Shown here: in pieces, positions 25,874-38,178 of the stretch
How positions within the stretch are numbered: the stretch's first letter is position 1
Layout: every line of letters begins with the position of its first letter
From: Octopus bimaculoides
Taxonomy: Eukaryota
Assembly: GCF_001194135.2 (NCBI RefSeq)
Contig: NC_068982.1
Coordinates: 19,616,363-19,658,450, forward strand
Reading direction: 5' to 3'
Length of the DNA stretch: 42,088 nucleotides
The notes under the pieces: model-generated
What the model was told of the DNA's origin: nothing
Seen by the model: the letters and a program-made list of their open reading frames with translations, nothing else
Databases searched by the model: none
Translations under genes and position numbers: made by a program

Positions 25874-26578
25874 GTGTGTATGTATGTATGTATGTAAGTA
25901 TTATGTAAACATACACACATACACACACATATACACACATATATATATACATAAGGCCGAAGTCAAGTCAGTCCTTACTGATAGGGCAAGGGAAATTGCC
26001 GAAGATACCCGGTCAGTATAAAGAATTGCCGAGCGGTGTTTTCAGACGATCGCAGTCCCTGTCTGTATATTCGTATACAATTCTGTGCTTTGATTACAGA
26101 ATTAGAGCATTTCAGCTCTTATAACTGGTAATGTAGGTGTTTCTAACACCCTAGTAATATTTAGTGAAAATTATCATTTTTGTTTTTTGTTAAACTTTGT
26201 TAACTGCTGTCTATGTGCAAATATATGTAAATATACATCAACATAAATCTATATACAATGAGGTAGAGATGAAAAAACAAGTTCTACATAGGCAGTACTT
26301 GATCTAGCCTCGATGGAATAAAGCCGATAGGTTTGTGGATCTATTACTCTATCTGTCTGTTTCTCTCTCTTGATCTATCTATCTATCTATCTACTTGCCT
26401 TTCTGCGCGTCTGATGTCTGCATATTTGTTCATATATGTTATATATGTTTATTTGTGTATGTATGTATGTATGTATGTATGTATGCATGTTTGTATCTAT
26501 CTATCCATATATATATGTGTGTGTGTTCCCTTTCAACCTTACACACACACACACCACACACACACACACCCACACACA

Positions 26579-26667
<89 letters not shown>

Positions 26668-27530
26668 GATTGTGTATGTATCTATTCATACATTGTGGAA
26701 GCAAAGCACATATTAAAATATGTTTAATTTTCTTTTCTGGCGGAGGCGGTCATTTTAGAATAAAATTTGTTAAAAAATATCAGTAAATATATGCAGTGAA
26801 GCTATACGTCAGGATACCTAAACAGAAGTCGCATATGTTATTACAAGATAATCAAGGAGACTGTATGTTATCTGTTGTCCAGTCTATATTTTGTATATTG
26901 ACAAGCTTGAATTAATATGGATACTGTGGGTCGTATGAGTAGGTAAATGAACACAGTTCGTTATGCAGTATTTCACCGATGTTTTTTGTTATTAATTCAT
27001 GCTGCAATTTGAATTCACATTTCATAATGGACATTTTTCAGATCAAGTCTGGATTTTGTTGATCGTATTGGAGTCATAGTGTTTAGAAGATACATAACCG
27101 AATCCATAAATTGTTGTTGCCATTGATTTCAGTTCTGTTGGGATAATGTTGCTTATAATGAAAGTCATTCTTTTCGTCAGCATCCTTTACGCTCTTTATT
27201 CCCAGCAGCATTTTGCTGTTGGCGCCTCCAAAATGAGCAATATTATCGTTATGGATTTTGGACGATTACTGATGAGGAAAGAGCATGTCTTGTGCGGGAA
27301 TTTTCAGTTTGTTCCTTTGTCGTCCTTCTATGCCATTTTAAAATTTTATCATTTAATGTAATGCCACGTACCCCGCATTTTGCCCCATTCTCTACACTCC
27401 ATACAGCGATTAATATTCGGTGCGACGTCGCTCTTTTTATTTTTCTCTTTTTCTTTTCCTTTCTTTCATTTCCTTTTTCTCCATTCCGTTTATATATTCT
27501 TCTCACCACTTTACCTTTCTGTTGCCCTTT

Positions 27531-27763
27531 CTTATTTCTTTACTGCCCAGAAGGGGCTACACACAAAGGGGACAAACGAGGAGAGACAAACGGATTAAGT
27601 CGATAATATCGACCCCAGTGCATAACTGGTACTTATTTAATCGATTCCGAAAGGATGAACGGCAACGTCGACCTCGGCGGAATTTGAGCTCAGAACATGG
27701 AGACAGACGTAATACCGCTAAGCATTTCGCCCGGCGTGCTGATGTTTCTGCCTGCTCGCTACC
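27531..27763 (-). mobile_element. Near full-length tRNA-derived SINE (family 2)
   Basis: The minus strand has an A-box-like GGCAGAAAC..AGC and a B-box-like GAGCTCAAATTCC. The central TTCATCCTTTCGGAATCGATTAAATAAGTACCAG resembles the Meta/MESC SINE domain (from memory). The tail ends in GTAAAGAAATAAG. Confidence 0.85.
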
Positions 27764-28345
27764 TTTCTACCTACCCGTTTTACTTTACTACTCGCCCTTC
27801 TTCTTGCTTTATTCCCTCCTTTATTCACACTCTTTCTCTCTTATATCTCTCCTATTTCCTTCAATATTTCTTTTCCTCTATATCCCCCTTTCTCCCTTTA
27901 TTTTGCTTCCGTCTCGAACTCAACCTTTTCCTATGACGCTGTTTTCTCTCTCTCTCTCCTCCTCGGTACCATGTTAACATTCCATTTCTCCTTTCAGCTT
28001 ACCTTTTTTTGGCTTGACCAATGACCTGTTCATTTATGCTTCTCTCGGCCTCTCACTTTCGCATTTAACCTCATATCTGGCTTCATCTTTCTTTGTACCT
28101 TTCGTTCTATCTTTCTTTCTATCTTTCCATGTCTCCATTTTCCTTTTCAAGTGCGATAGAACATCATTTTCCACTAGTGTTACGCGCGCGTACACACACA
28201 CACGCGCGCGCGCGCACAGGCACACGCACACACATACCTTGCGTATACATATGTCTGGTCTCATATCTTTTTTCCTTTCAGCTCGCATATATGGAATGCA
28301 TTTACATAGTTCACTCCTTTAAATACTTTATGCAAGCACTTATTT

Positions 28346-28521
28346 CAGTTCTATATTTAATAGATCGGGAATTATGTACATTATTTACACTATTTAAATT
28401 TAACGGATATCTGTCCTCATCTTGTTCGTTGTTAACACAACGTTTTCGAGGGTATATAAGCCGAAACGTTGTTAACAAAAAACAGGATGACGACAAATAT
28501 CCGTCAAATGTAAATAAAGTA
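28346..28521. mobile_element. Fold-back (head-to-head inverted) pair of hammerhead-SINE tails (copy B)
   Basis: 28346-28447 is the reverse complement of the tail, and 28448-28521 is the forward tail starting at GAGGGTATATAAGCCGAAACGTTG. Confidence 0.85.
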
Positions 28522-28957
28522 GATAAAGCACTTATTTGTCTATTTTTCAAAACTCGTGATTGTTGCAACAAAATATTATATTAATTTACTCCGTTACATT
28601 TTTGGTAGTTTGTGTGAATGTAATTTTATCAAGGTGAACTGTACAAATGGTTTGTCCATATCTATACTTCTTTTGTCTACTTGTGTTTTCTCTGTTGCTT
28701 GTCGCTAAAATTTAATCACATGTCTTTGTCTTTCCTTTTCTTCTGTGTCTCGTCTCTGCAGCATTCTCTCATTAGTAACCGTATCCGGTGCCTGTTGACG
28801 CCACTTAGGTAATTTATTTCTTAAAGGCATCTAAATCAATAAATTTTCAGTGAGACAGATGATGGAAGAATAATTTTGCATTTCATCTGCTGTATGTTAC
28901 GTTCATGTGTGCCGTATCCTATATACATATATACATACATACATACATACACACACG

Positions 28958-29009
<52 letters not shown>

Positions 29010-30869
29010 NNNNNNNNNNNNNNNNNNNNNNNNNNNNNNNNNNNNNNNNNNNNNNNNNNNNNNNNNNNNNNNNNNNNNNNNNNNNNNNNNNNNNNNNNNN
29101 NNNNNNNNNNNNNNNNNNNNNNNNNNNNNNNNNNNNNNNNNNNNNNNNNNNNNNNNNNNNNNNNNNNNNNNNNNNNNNNNNNNNNNNNNNNNNNNNNNNN
29201 NNNNNNNNNNNNNNNNNNNNNNNNNNNNNNNNNNNNNNNNNNNNNNNNNNNNNNNNATATATATATATATATATATATACAAATAGAGAAGGAGCTAGAC
29301 AGAGAGACACAAAGACAGACAGACACAGAGAGAAATACTCGGAGTAAAATATCTGAAATGAAGCAGTTGAGGATTTAACTGTAAATATGTAAATAGTTAC
29401 ACTTCTAAATATAAATAAAACGTTGTTGTCCTACATGTCTCTTTGGATAGGATGAATGTAAATATACTAGCAAACATCTTGATTGCATTTGGAACTTCTA
29501 AAATATCTATACTTTCACTTCACAGAAATATATACGAAACTACTGGCTTTTGAAACCTACCAAATGTGTTAGTATCAACTAATTTCTAGTTCAAATTTGA
29601 ATAATTGATAGTTTAAGCTGGGTCTTGATTTAATATTAAACTGTGCTCTAAGCGACTGAGATACAAAATAATTTTATATTAGTTTTGAGACAGCCCGGTT
29701 TTGTCTTCTGTTTCTTTCTTTTTTTTTTTATTTGCTAAGCTGTGTCGATGTCTGAATATTTGTACAGGGAATAGTAAACATGGTACGTCTATCAATATTT
29801 CTCTGGGGGCACGAATATATGAGTGATCTTCCACAAGATTCGAATCTACGTAGAAACATACTCATCTTTTAGTGCAAAAATATGTAATTTAAACTTTCTT
29901 CTGGCGTAAGCGTAGCATTCTCTCATTACATGCACCATATTTTAGCAGTATATTTTAAAGGAATAAAATGCTTTTCATAATACACTTGAAAGATATTCTT
30001 GAATGATGTTATTAGGGAGAATATATGATACTATAAATATGAGGCCAATGTTGGGACAGTATACAGGAGTATAGTATGAAACTGTATACATATATATGTT
30101 TGTGTGGGTGTATGTGTATGTGTGTGTGCGCGCGTATATAGCATTAGATGATTACCGTGTTTCAATTTTCTTTTCTTTTAGATTAATGCACGTTTGTCTA
30201 TATTTTCGTGAAGAGAATTACCACACAATATGTTAAACTCAAGTTTTGGACTATGATGTTTTGTATTACCGCGATCGGCCATCAGAATGGTGCACCACCA
30301 CTATTATTCTTCTTCCATTCATCGCAAATAGCTGTTAGGCGGATGAAAGTTTAACTTCTCTTTCACTCTACTCGGAGTTTTCAGTTAGATAACAAAAACA
30401 TATATTTTAAAAGTAAGGCAGTCATTAAATAATGTAATACACTCATCAAGCGTGGGTTATTTATGCGGGAAAAGGTATGATGAGATGATATCACTTCTCC
30501 ACATAACTGTCGACGTATGTAACCAATAATTTCGCAAATTTATGCCAACTGAATTTGATGTATTGGATTGATTTCAATAGTTTATGATAAATAACAATTA
30601 TTGAGCCGCACGAAATAATACTCATCGGGCTCTCTAATCTAGAGCACTCGATCTCCCATCCGGCTGTGCAATATTCTTGATATATTTGTAATTGAAAATG
30701 TGCATCTTATACGCCAGCAAATAAGCTAGTTGCCAGTGTGGGCACTACAAATTATACGAACTAGCATTTCCGATTTGTAGATGCTACAAATTTTGGTTAG
30801 CATAAAAAGAATTTTGCTACATACATAGGTACTAATTATTTCCAGGAGGTGTGAAACGTCAATAAAAAT

Positions 30870-30978
30870 ATGCCTACGGGCCTATGGCGTAGTGGTTGAG
30901 AGCGTGGGCTACTAACCCCAAGATTCCGAGTTCGATTCCGGGGAGTGTCCCGAATAGTAATAATAATAATAATAATAC
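30870..30978 (+). mobile_element. Head-only copy of the tRNA/hammerhead SINE (copy E)
   Basis: ATGCCTACGGGCCTA-TGGCGTAGTGG (A box)...GGGCTACTAACCCC-AAGATTCCGA-GTTCGATTCC (B box), then (TAA)n, with no tail. Confidence 0.85.
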
Positions 30979-32379
30979 TAATTTCGATAAAGATGTTTCG
31001 TAACATACGCAAAAATGACCCATTTCAATAAATATGTTTCGAAACATAGGTAAAACAACCTATGTTTTATTGGATAGTGTAAATATTTAAGGAAAACAAA
31101 ATTTTACTTACTTCAAGCTGAAAAGCTGTAAACCTAAGAAGCTAACCAGTGAATCGATGACAAAATTGGGAAAAGATAGCATTTTGTTAAAAGTGTGACT
31201 CATTTGATGATGGCAGCCGAGATGCCATAAATGAATCATATCTCGTGATTATCTTAACATGGTTAGCGTGCAAAATTACATTATCAAAGCTAAAATTAGT
31301 GCTTCAATAATGTTATTGAGAATTATGGACCACGCAAGCAGCCGTTGTAAAGAGACATGTTTTGTCTGCTAGTGACACTTATAAATTCAAGTAAAATTAC
31401 TGGTTTTGAGGCCGGACGTATTCCGCTGATTGTCATTATGAGGTAACGATCATGCAGTATAGATTTGTCAATAAATTGAAGAGCAAAATTATGTATCAGA
31501 TCCATATTTGTCATGTGAGTATACTATAATAAATGCAAATCTTCTAAAAGATGACATTGATGTAAGTTCTCCAATGTTCACCCATAGCCAACAGAGTTGC
31601 AGATTTTTTTTTTCTAACTGAAAGATAATTCTCCATGAAAGGCGAAATCCAATCTACTATATTAAGAGAACTTTGCAGGTGTGCAGTTGAAAAAAGAAAA
31701 AAATTACAAGAAGAATATCTCTGTATTGATTGCTTCTGTTCTTAAAAAGGTGGAAGCATGCGTATAATATATACACACAAATATAAAATGAATATATCAA
31801 TATGGATTTTGTTTTTATTAAACAATATATTTGTCACCTTCAATTTTAAAATTTAGTCAAATAATTTTAGAATTTAGACAGCTATATGTCAATGAAACAA
31901 TATTTTCTATTCCGTTCGTTTTACACTGGGTCATGTACTAGTACATTTAATATGATCTCAAGTAATTTAAAAGCGAAAGCTGGCGTGAGTTTATACTATT
32001 TGAAGACATATATATGAACTATAAATTTGGAGTGTACATGAAACAATATACTTAGACATTGATAAAGAGATGTGTCACTGAAATTTAATAACGATAAAAT
32101 GTTCTTGGCAAATCCCTTACTCTTTTCTATGATTACCGAATTTGTAAGGATGTTCAATTTATAGCCAGTCATTTTGGAGGAGCCTGTATATCGACCCACA
32201 TTGTAGTGGTAGATGTTATTATTTGCAGTTGTAAAGTGATACTGTTCTGATGTATTTACAGCCCATTAGTCTATGGCATTTGTCTATTGCCTTTGACGTT
32301 GGACACCGTTTGGCGTCGATATAATTATATGAACAGACGATAAAATGCAACTGTATTGATTAACTCGTGCACCAAATTG

Positions 32380-32812
32380 GCTCTAATTTCATTAAACGAA
32401 ACAACTTTTAAGTGCAAATATTTCAAATGTTCTTTGCACAACACTGAATTATTAATTTGACATTCATTTTGTTTGTCTTTATTATGAAGTGGATTTTCAA
32501 AATAATGGCAAAATATAGTACAGTTAAGTGAAGTTACATCTCTGTTTTCTAAGCCTAACTTTAGGTAACTTCATATCATACCTTTAGATATCATATGAAT
32601 ATCTAATGTAGGCGTATGCGTGCACCCTCTCTTCACAAGCTATACAAACCAGTTTTGTCTCGAGGAAATTTGCAAATAACTAGATGTACCAAAAGATTTC
32701 CTTTTTTATAATTGCGGACGCAATTATTGCAAATATAGGTTTCATTTTACACAAGGACTAATACAAGTATGTACATACATACATACATACATATATATAT
32801 GATCATTTATAG
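32380..32812 (+). repeat. Diverged local duplicate of 37634-38240
   Basis: Colinear shared blocks such as TTTCAAATGTTCTTTGCACAACACTGAA, AAGTGAAGTTACA, TTAGGTAACTTCAT, TTTACACAAG.ACTA..ACAAGTAT and ATATATATG(G)ATCATTTATA. Confidence 0.9.
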
Positions 32813-33348
32813 TTAGCCACATTTTATTTTTTCTCGTAGGATGACGTGCATCGTAATTGCAGTTAAGGAATTTTTTTCTACGTGTGGTTATTTGTGCAGA
32901 ATAGATGTACAGACGTTAGGCTCCATAAACAATGACGCACGCATACACACACATAAAACACACACACGCACAAACAAACGCACGCACACACACACACATA
33001 AGTAATGTTTGTTTCGACTTATACATGCCTGTTCTTTCAGAATAAACGATACTGTTATTTTAACCCGAGGAGGACGCTTCCCTCAGCTGGTTATTCAATG
33101 CGCCTTGCACTCGATATATATTGCAAGCGGGAAGAAAAAACTTCCTACTATCCGAGTCTGAATATCACCATATCACGTGATTTCGGTCGCATCACATCAT
33201 GCTCAGTAATGGAAACTCGTCTGCTAGAAAGAGCGGTAGTCCAACTCAGCACCCAATATATAGAAAAACGGTGTCACACAGTCACTGGTTTTGAAATATA
33301 TATGTATATGTTATAATTTAGAACAAATAGCAAAAGTTTGTCATTATG

Positions 33349-33380
<32 letters not shown>

Positions 33381-33410
33381 AGAGAGAGAGTGTGTGTGTG
33401 TATCTATGCC

Positions 33411-33575
33411 TGTGTGTCTTTGTATCTATGTTTGTCCCTTCAATTGACAACCGGTGTTGGTGTGTTTATGTCCTCGTAACTTAGCATTTCGGCAAAAGTG
33501 ACGGATAGAATAATTACTAGGCTCGGTGGCTTTGTTCGACTAAAACCCTTCAAGGCGATGTTCCAGTGTGGCCGA
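33411..33575 (+). mobile_element. 3' half of SINE family 3
   Basis: TTTGTCC..TTGACAACCGGTGTTGGTGTGTTTATGTCCTCGTAACTTAGC..GGCAAAAG..GATAGAATAA.TACTAGGCT..AAGGCGATGTTCCAG is colinear with 36465-36630. Confidence 0.85.
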
Positions 33576-34244
33576 AGTTAATTAATCTGACACAAGCGAG
33601 CACTTATTGCACAAAGAAACGCACACATATTAGCTTAATTCTTTACAGTTGTCAAGCGAACCACTCGATGAAAATCTTCTTCTTCCTTTGCGGGTTTTTC
33701 AACAATAGTGCCTTTCAGACCCTAATATGCAAACTGTGCTCACATGGAGTATGCAAACCGCTGGATAGGTAACGCATTTTCTGCAAGTATGCATATGTTC
33801 AATCTTGTTTCAACGTTTATGAATTCTTTCTTCAATCTTCCTCAACCAGTGAAATTACCAAAAGGAATGGATGATGAGTTTTGAACTTAGCTATTCGTTA
33901 ACGTTTGGTGTTGCTCCACTACAAAGGTGCCTTTAGCATGCTTCTAATCAGTCTTTTGATCTACCGGCCAACCAAACATTGATTATTGTCTAGCTAATCC
34001 TAAAGTATCTTACGTGGGCCAAGTGAGAGAGATAAACAATTACATATAGAAATATTATCTCTATAATGTGGTTTAAGTTCTACGTGTCTTCATGGATAAT
34101 CCATCTAAGATGAATTAGAAAGACTTCTCATGCGTGTTGTCTCTGCTCATATCGTACAGTGTTTTAGACTATGCTCTTGTTTTAAGATTTTTAGTGTCAA
34201 TAAAAATCGTAAAAGCAGGCATAGGTATCATTCATGAATAACAA

Positions 34245-34332
34245 TGCAGTATGTTGTAGGAGAAGGAAAAGTTAGACTGCAGTATGTTGTAGGAGAAGGA
34301 AAAGTTAGACTGTAGTATGTTGAAGGAGAAGG
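34245..34332. repeat. 33-bp minisatellite, about 2.7 copies
   Basis: Unit TGCAGTATGTTGTAGGAGAAGGAAAAGTTAGAC at 34245, 34278 and 34311 (partial). Confidence 0.92.
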
Positions 34333-34911
34333 AGACCAAAATCTTAAAACTAAAATTCTTATAAATTTACAATGTTTCTTTTTGAAAAGTTTTTAAGAGA
34401 ATGAGACGTTTTCCAGTTGTCAATATTTTCTTCTGACGTGGACAGTACACATGAAAAGAAGTTTTTGTAGTTCTAACACTTTAGAATTTCCTGGTATTTG
34501 CGCATAGTGTTTAAGAACGGCATTTGATTTTGTCCCACAAAACGACGATGATCTCGGTTACTGTTGCTTTTAGATTCAACATTTTTTAGACCTTTATTTC
34601 AAGGTCCTTATATTTACTTAATTCTTCAAATGTTCTTACTTATTAAAGTTTTTAAATTTTATGAAGATGATTATTTGTATATCCAGACAGAGAAAATTGT
34701 AGTGTTCTTACAATTAAAAGTATGTTTACATTTTCGAATATTCAGAGGGAAAGGAAAGGATAGTTATTCAAAGAAGTTGTAAATATTAAAGTTTTCAAAA
34801 CTTGTTAAACATGATCGTTTGTGTGTTCGTCCAGAGAAAATTGTGTAAATGTAAGTTTCGAACGTTATTTTTCTTTGGCGGAGATTTACAAATACTCAGA
34901 GGAGATTGTAA

Positions 34912-34970
<59 letters not shown>

Positions 34971-35022
34971 TGTATGTAGTAGTAGTAGTAGTTGTAGTAG
35001 TAGTAGTTGTAGTAGTAGTAGT

Positions 35023-35056
<34 letters not shown>

Positions 35057-35057
35057 A

Positions 35058-35106
<49 letters not shown>

Positions 35107-35166
35107 GGTGGTGGTGGTGGTGGTGGCGGCAGTAGCAGTAGTAGCAATAGCATTAGCAGTAGTAGT
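34912..35166. repeat. Compound trinucleotide microsatellite (ATT)-(GTA)-(GCA)-(GTA)-(GGT)-(GCA)
   Basis: Read directly from the sequence. Confidence 0.95.
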
Positions 35167-36316
35167 GCGTGTGTATATGTACACTTACACGTTCTCACAT
35201 TTTGTTTCAGCGTTATTGCAAAAGGGATATCTCGTAAAGCAGCAGTTCTTGGCAGCCATGGCAATATAAAATGTGTTATGAGAACATAGGTATTGAACAA
35301 TAGTTATTGTATAATTAAAACAAATATATTCAGAATTTGTTTAGTACTACCGCTATAGCATTTTCGTTGTTATATTTAATTCATTTTCACATTGATTTTC
35401 GTTTCAGGACAAGGTTGGTCGGCGCTAACCAGACACATTTAAGCGTCTACATATATAATAGACCAGAAATATCAAAATTATAGTTACCAAGACAGGAACT
35501 AATTGATCATTCGTTTTTACATCTTTTAATCACTCATTGCAACAAACAACAAGTGGAGAGAACAATATCTAGTAAAATACTTGTAGAAGTGTATCACGTT
35601 TAACTATTAACAGAAACATTATTTTATTTTATTTTTGTAATGTGTCAGTATAGCACATAGTCATTATGACGCCTTAATGAAACCATAAGAAACATATCAT
35701 TTGTTGCTGTTGAGAAAAGCTTAATTTATTGACAAACGAAAACAAGAAAGATTTTGCACGGTAATAGAGAACATTTACTCAAAATGTTATTTGATAAACA
35801 GCATGATTTTTGCGATATACATAGTTTACTGTTGTGCATAATAGGATTATGACAGAGAATCTAAACTGCCGACAGTACAGCACAAAATATTACTTATAAG
35901 TATGAGGAACACATTTGAAAGGATATACAACATATACGTGATCAGGTATGATTACAAAGATTCCAAGTAGCTATTGCAACGTGGCACTTACATTAAGAGT
36001 CTTCTGACAATTAACATCTAACAACAATCAGGAAAAAACAAAGGAGAATAAGGAAGCCTATCCATTTACCGAACCGTATTTGTTAGCATATAAGATACAC
36101 TTTTATACACAAAATGTCTCAAAATATGTCCTGTAAGTGATATGTGGTTTCCCATAAGCTACTTTTCTTCCTCACTCTTTCTGAATATGCATTGCTCCAA
36201 TTGTATGCTGTGAAATGCTGTATGAAACTTTGGAGCAATTTGCTTGTTTACCTATGTTTGTACATCCATATGTGTATATGGGTGTGCGCGTGTAAGTACG
36301 TTCTTTAAATGTACCC

Positions 36317-36416
36317 CAACCTCATGGTTCCGGCTTCAGTCCCACTGCCTGGAACCTCGGGCAAGAGTCTTCTACTCAGGCCAACCTAAGCCTTGTGAAT
36401 GAATTTGATAGACGTC

Positions 36417-36456
<40 letters not shown>

Positions 36457-36677
36457 ATATTTGTGTGTCTGTGTTTGTCCTCTCACCATCGCTTGACAAC
36501 CAATGTCGGTGTGTTTACGATCCGTACATTAGCGGTTCGGGGCAAAAGACCGATAAAATAAGTACTAGGCTTACAAAGAATAAGTCCTGGGATCGATTCC
36601 CTCAACTAAAGGCGATGCTCCAGCATGACCGCAGTCAAATGACTCAAACAAATAATAGACTAACAGAATAAAAGAAT
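36317..36677 (+). mobile_element. SINE family 3 with CORE-like centre and internal (AT)n
   Basis: B-box-like GGCTTCAGTCCC and CORE-like CCTCGGGCAAGAGTCTT, an internal TA microsatellite, a 3' half shared with 33411-33575, and an A-rich tail AGAATAAAAGAAT. Confidence 0.8.
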
Positions 36678-37490
36678 TAATTGAAAACTGATATAGCATC
36701 AAATGATGAATAGATATTAGATGACTTTGCAGCTAGCTTAAATAACCAACAGTCTATAATGTTTGTGAAGTTCAATTGAAAGTTCTAAGTACAACTGGAC
36801 GAGTAAGAAATATTAATAATGCTATATCAATTGTTGTAACCAGTATGAAACTAGTAATGCAGTCAGTTGAGTAAGTTGGAGAGCGACTGATATGTGCAGG
36901 TATTAAAAATAATACAGTTTACTTGAGGACTGGAACAAGTATTAAAAAACTAGTACTAAAAATAAAAGTGGCTTCAATTTCGTGTCGGCATAACATTGGA
37001 CAAATAATGACTTCAGATAAATGGTATAATGTGGTTTAAAAATAATCGATAATCTAAGAAGAAAAATAACATACAAATAATTACATTATAAGTTAGAAAT
37101 ATTGTCTATCAGTACGTTAGGCACAGAAAAAAAAACGAGGAAAAGAGGAAATAAAAGAGACAGGAATCTAGTAGCTAGATGAAAGAGAGAGTTCTGAACA
37201 CTGACGAAAGCAAAGACGACTGAATGGCGGTGTGCGAGGTATTTAAATACTACATCATTTATAAGTAAAAGAAGTAGTATTGTGTATCGAACGATTACAA
37301 AAACAAATAATTGGCGTTTTCTCAGAGTAAAGAAAAGCAATTACAGAAAGAATTTGAAACTATTACTTTAGTAGAGATTTATTATGTTGTTTGTAGAGAA
37401 GGCTGTAGACGCTACTAGATGGTGCAGCCCGGCAAAGTGAATTCTGACTCACTCCCATTTACGTACCGTCTATTGCAAATTATATCTGAT

Positions 37491-38178
37491 TTAGATTACT
37501 AAATACATAAATCGTGCTTATCATACTGATAAACAATATTTCCAATTAAGAAGAGATTCTATTTTAGGCGCAAGTCCAACACGTTCGAGGAAGGTTTTAA
37601 AACGATTAGATAATACACTCAAAAACAAAAATAGCTCTAATTTCATAAAACAAAGTAACTTTTAGATGCAAAAATTTCAAATGTTCTTTGCACAACACTG
37701 AATAATTTATTGACATGCATTTTGTTTGTCATCCTTATAAAGTGGATTTCAATAATAAAGGGACAATAAATTACATTTAAGTGAAGTTACACCTCTATTT
37801 TCTAAGCACAGCATTAGGTAACTTCATTTCATACCTCTGTCAATCAGATGAATTTCTAAAGAAGGCGTATGAGTGTACCATCATTTCACAAGGGATACAA
37901 ACGAAATATGTATAAGTGATGAAATTTGCATATCACTGGATGTGCCTGAAAACTTTCTTTTTTTTTATAAATTATTACGGATGCAATTATGGCAAATACA
38001 ATAGTCGAGCGGCTACATAGGCCTTAATTTACACAAGAACTAGCACAAGTATTAGATTACTAAATCCGTAAGCATGCCGTCCTTATCATACTGATAAACA
38101 ATATTACCAATTAATAGGAGTTTCTATTTTAGGCACCAGTCCATCAGTTTTGAGGGAAGGCTTTAAAACGATTAGATA
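37491..38178 (+). repeat. Direct repeat of about 125 bp (37491-37612 and 38052-38178) spaced 561 bp apart
   Basis: Both copies share TTAGATTACTAAAT..CTTATCATACTGATAAACAATATT.CCAATTAA..CTATTTTAGGC..AGTCCA..GAAGG.TTTAAAACGATTAGATA. Confidence 0.9.

Noticed and set aside
25963-26075. Minus-strand open frame NCIRIYRQGLRSSENTARQFFILTGYLRQFPLPY with a possible GTAAGG donor
   Set aside because: The acceptor lacks a pyrimidine tract and there is no recognisable protein similarity.
32528-32580. Possible pre-miRNA hairpin in the duplicated block (also 37780-37830)
   Set aside because: Only about 9 bp pair, far short of the roughly 22-bp arm pairing needed for a Drosha/Dicer substrate.
34245-34332. 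33-bp repeats as a CRISPR-like array
   Set aside because: Units are directly adjacent with no unique spacers and there are no cas genes in this eukaryotic context. It is an ordinary minisatellite.
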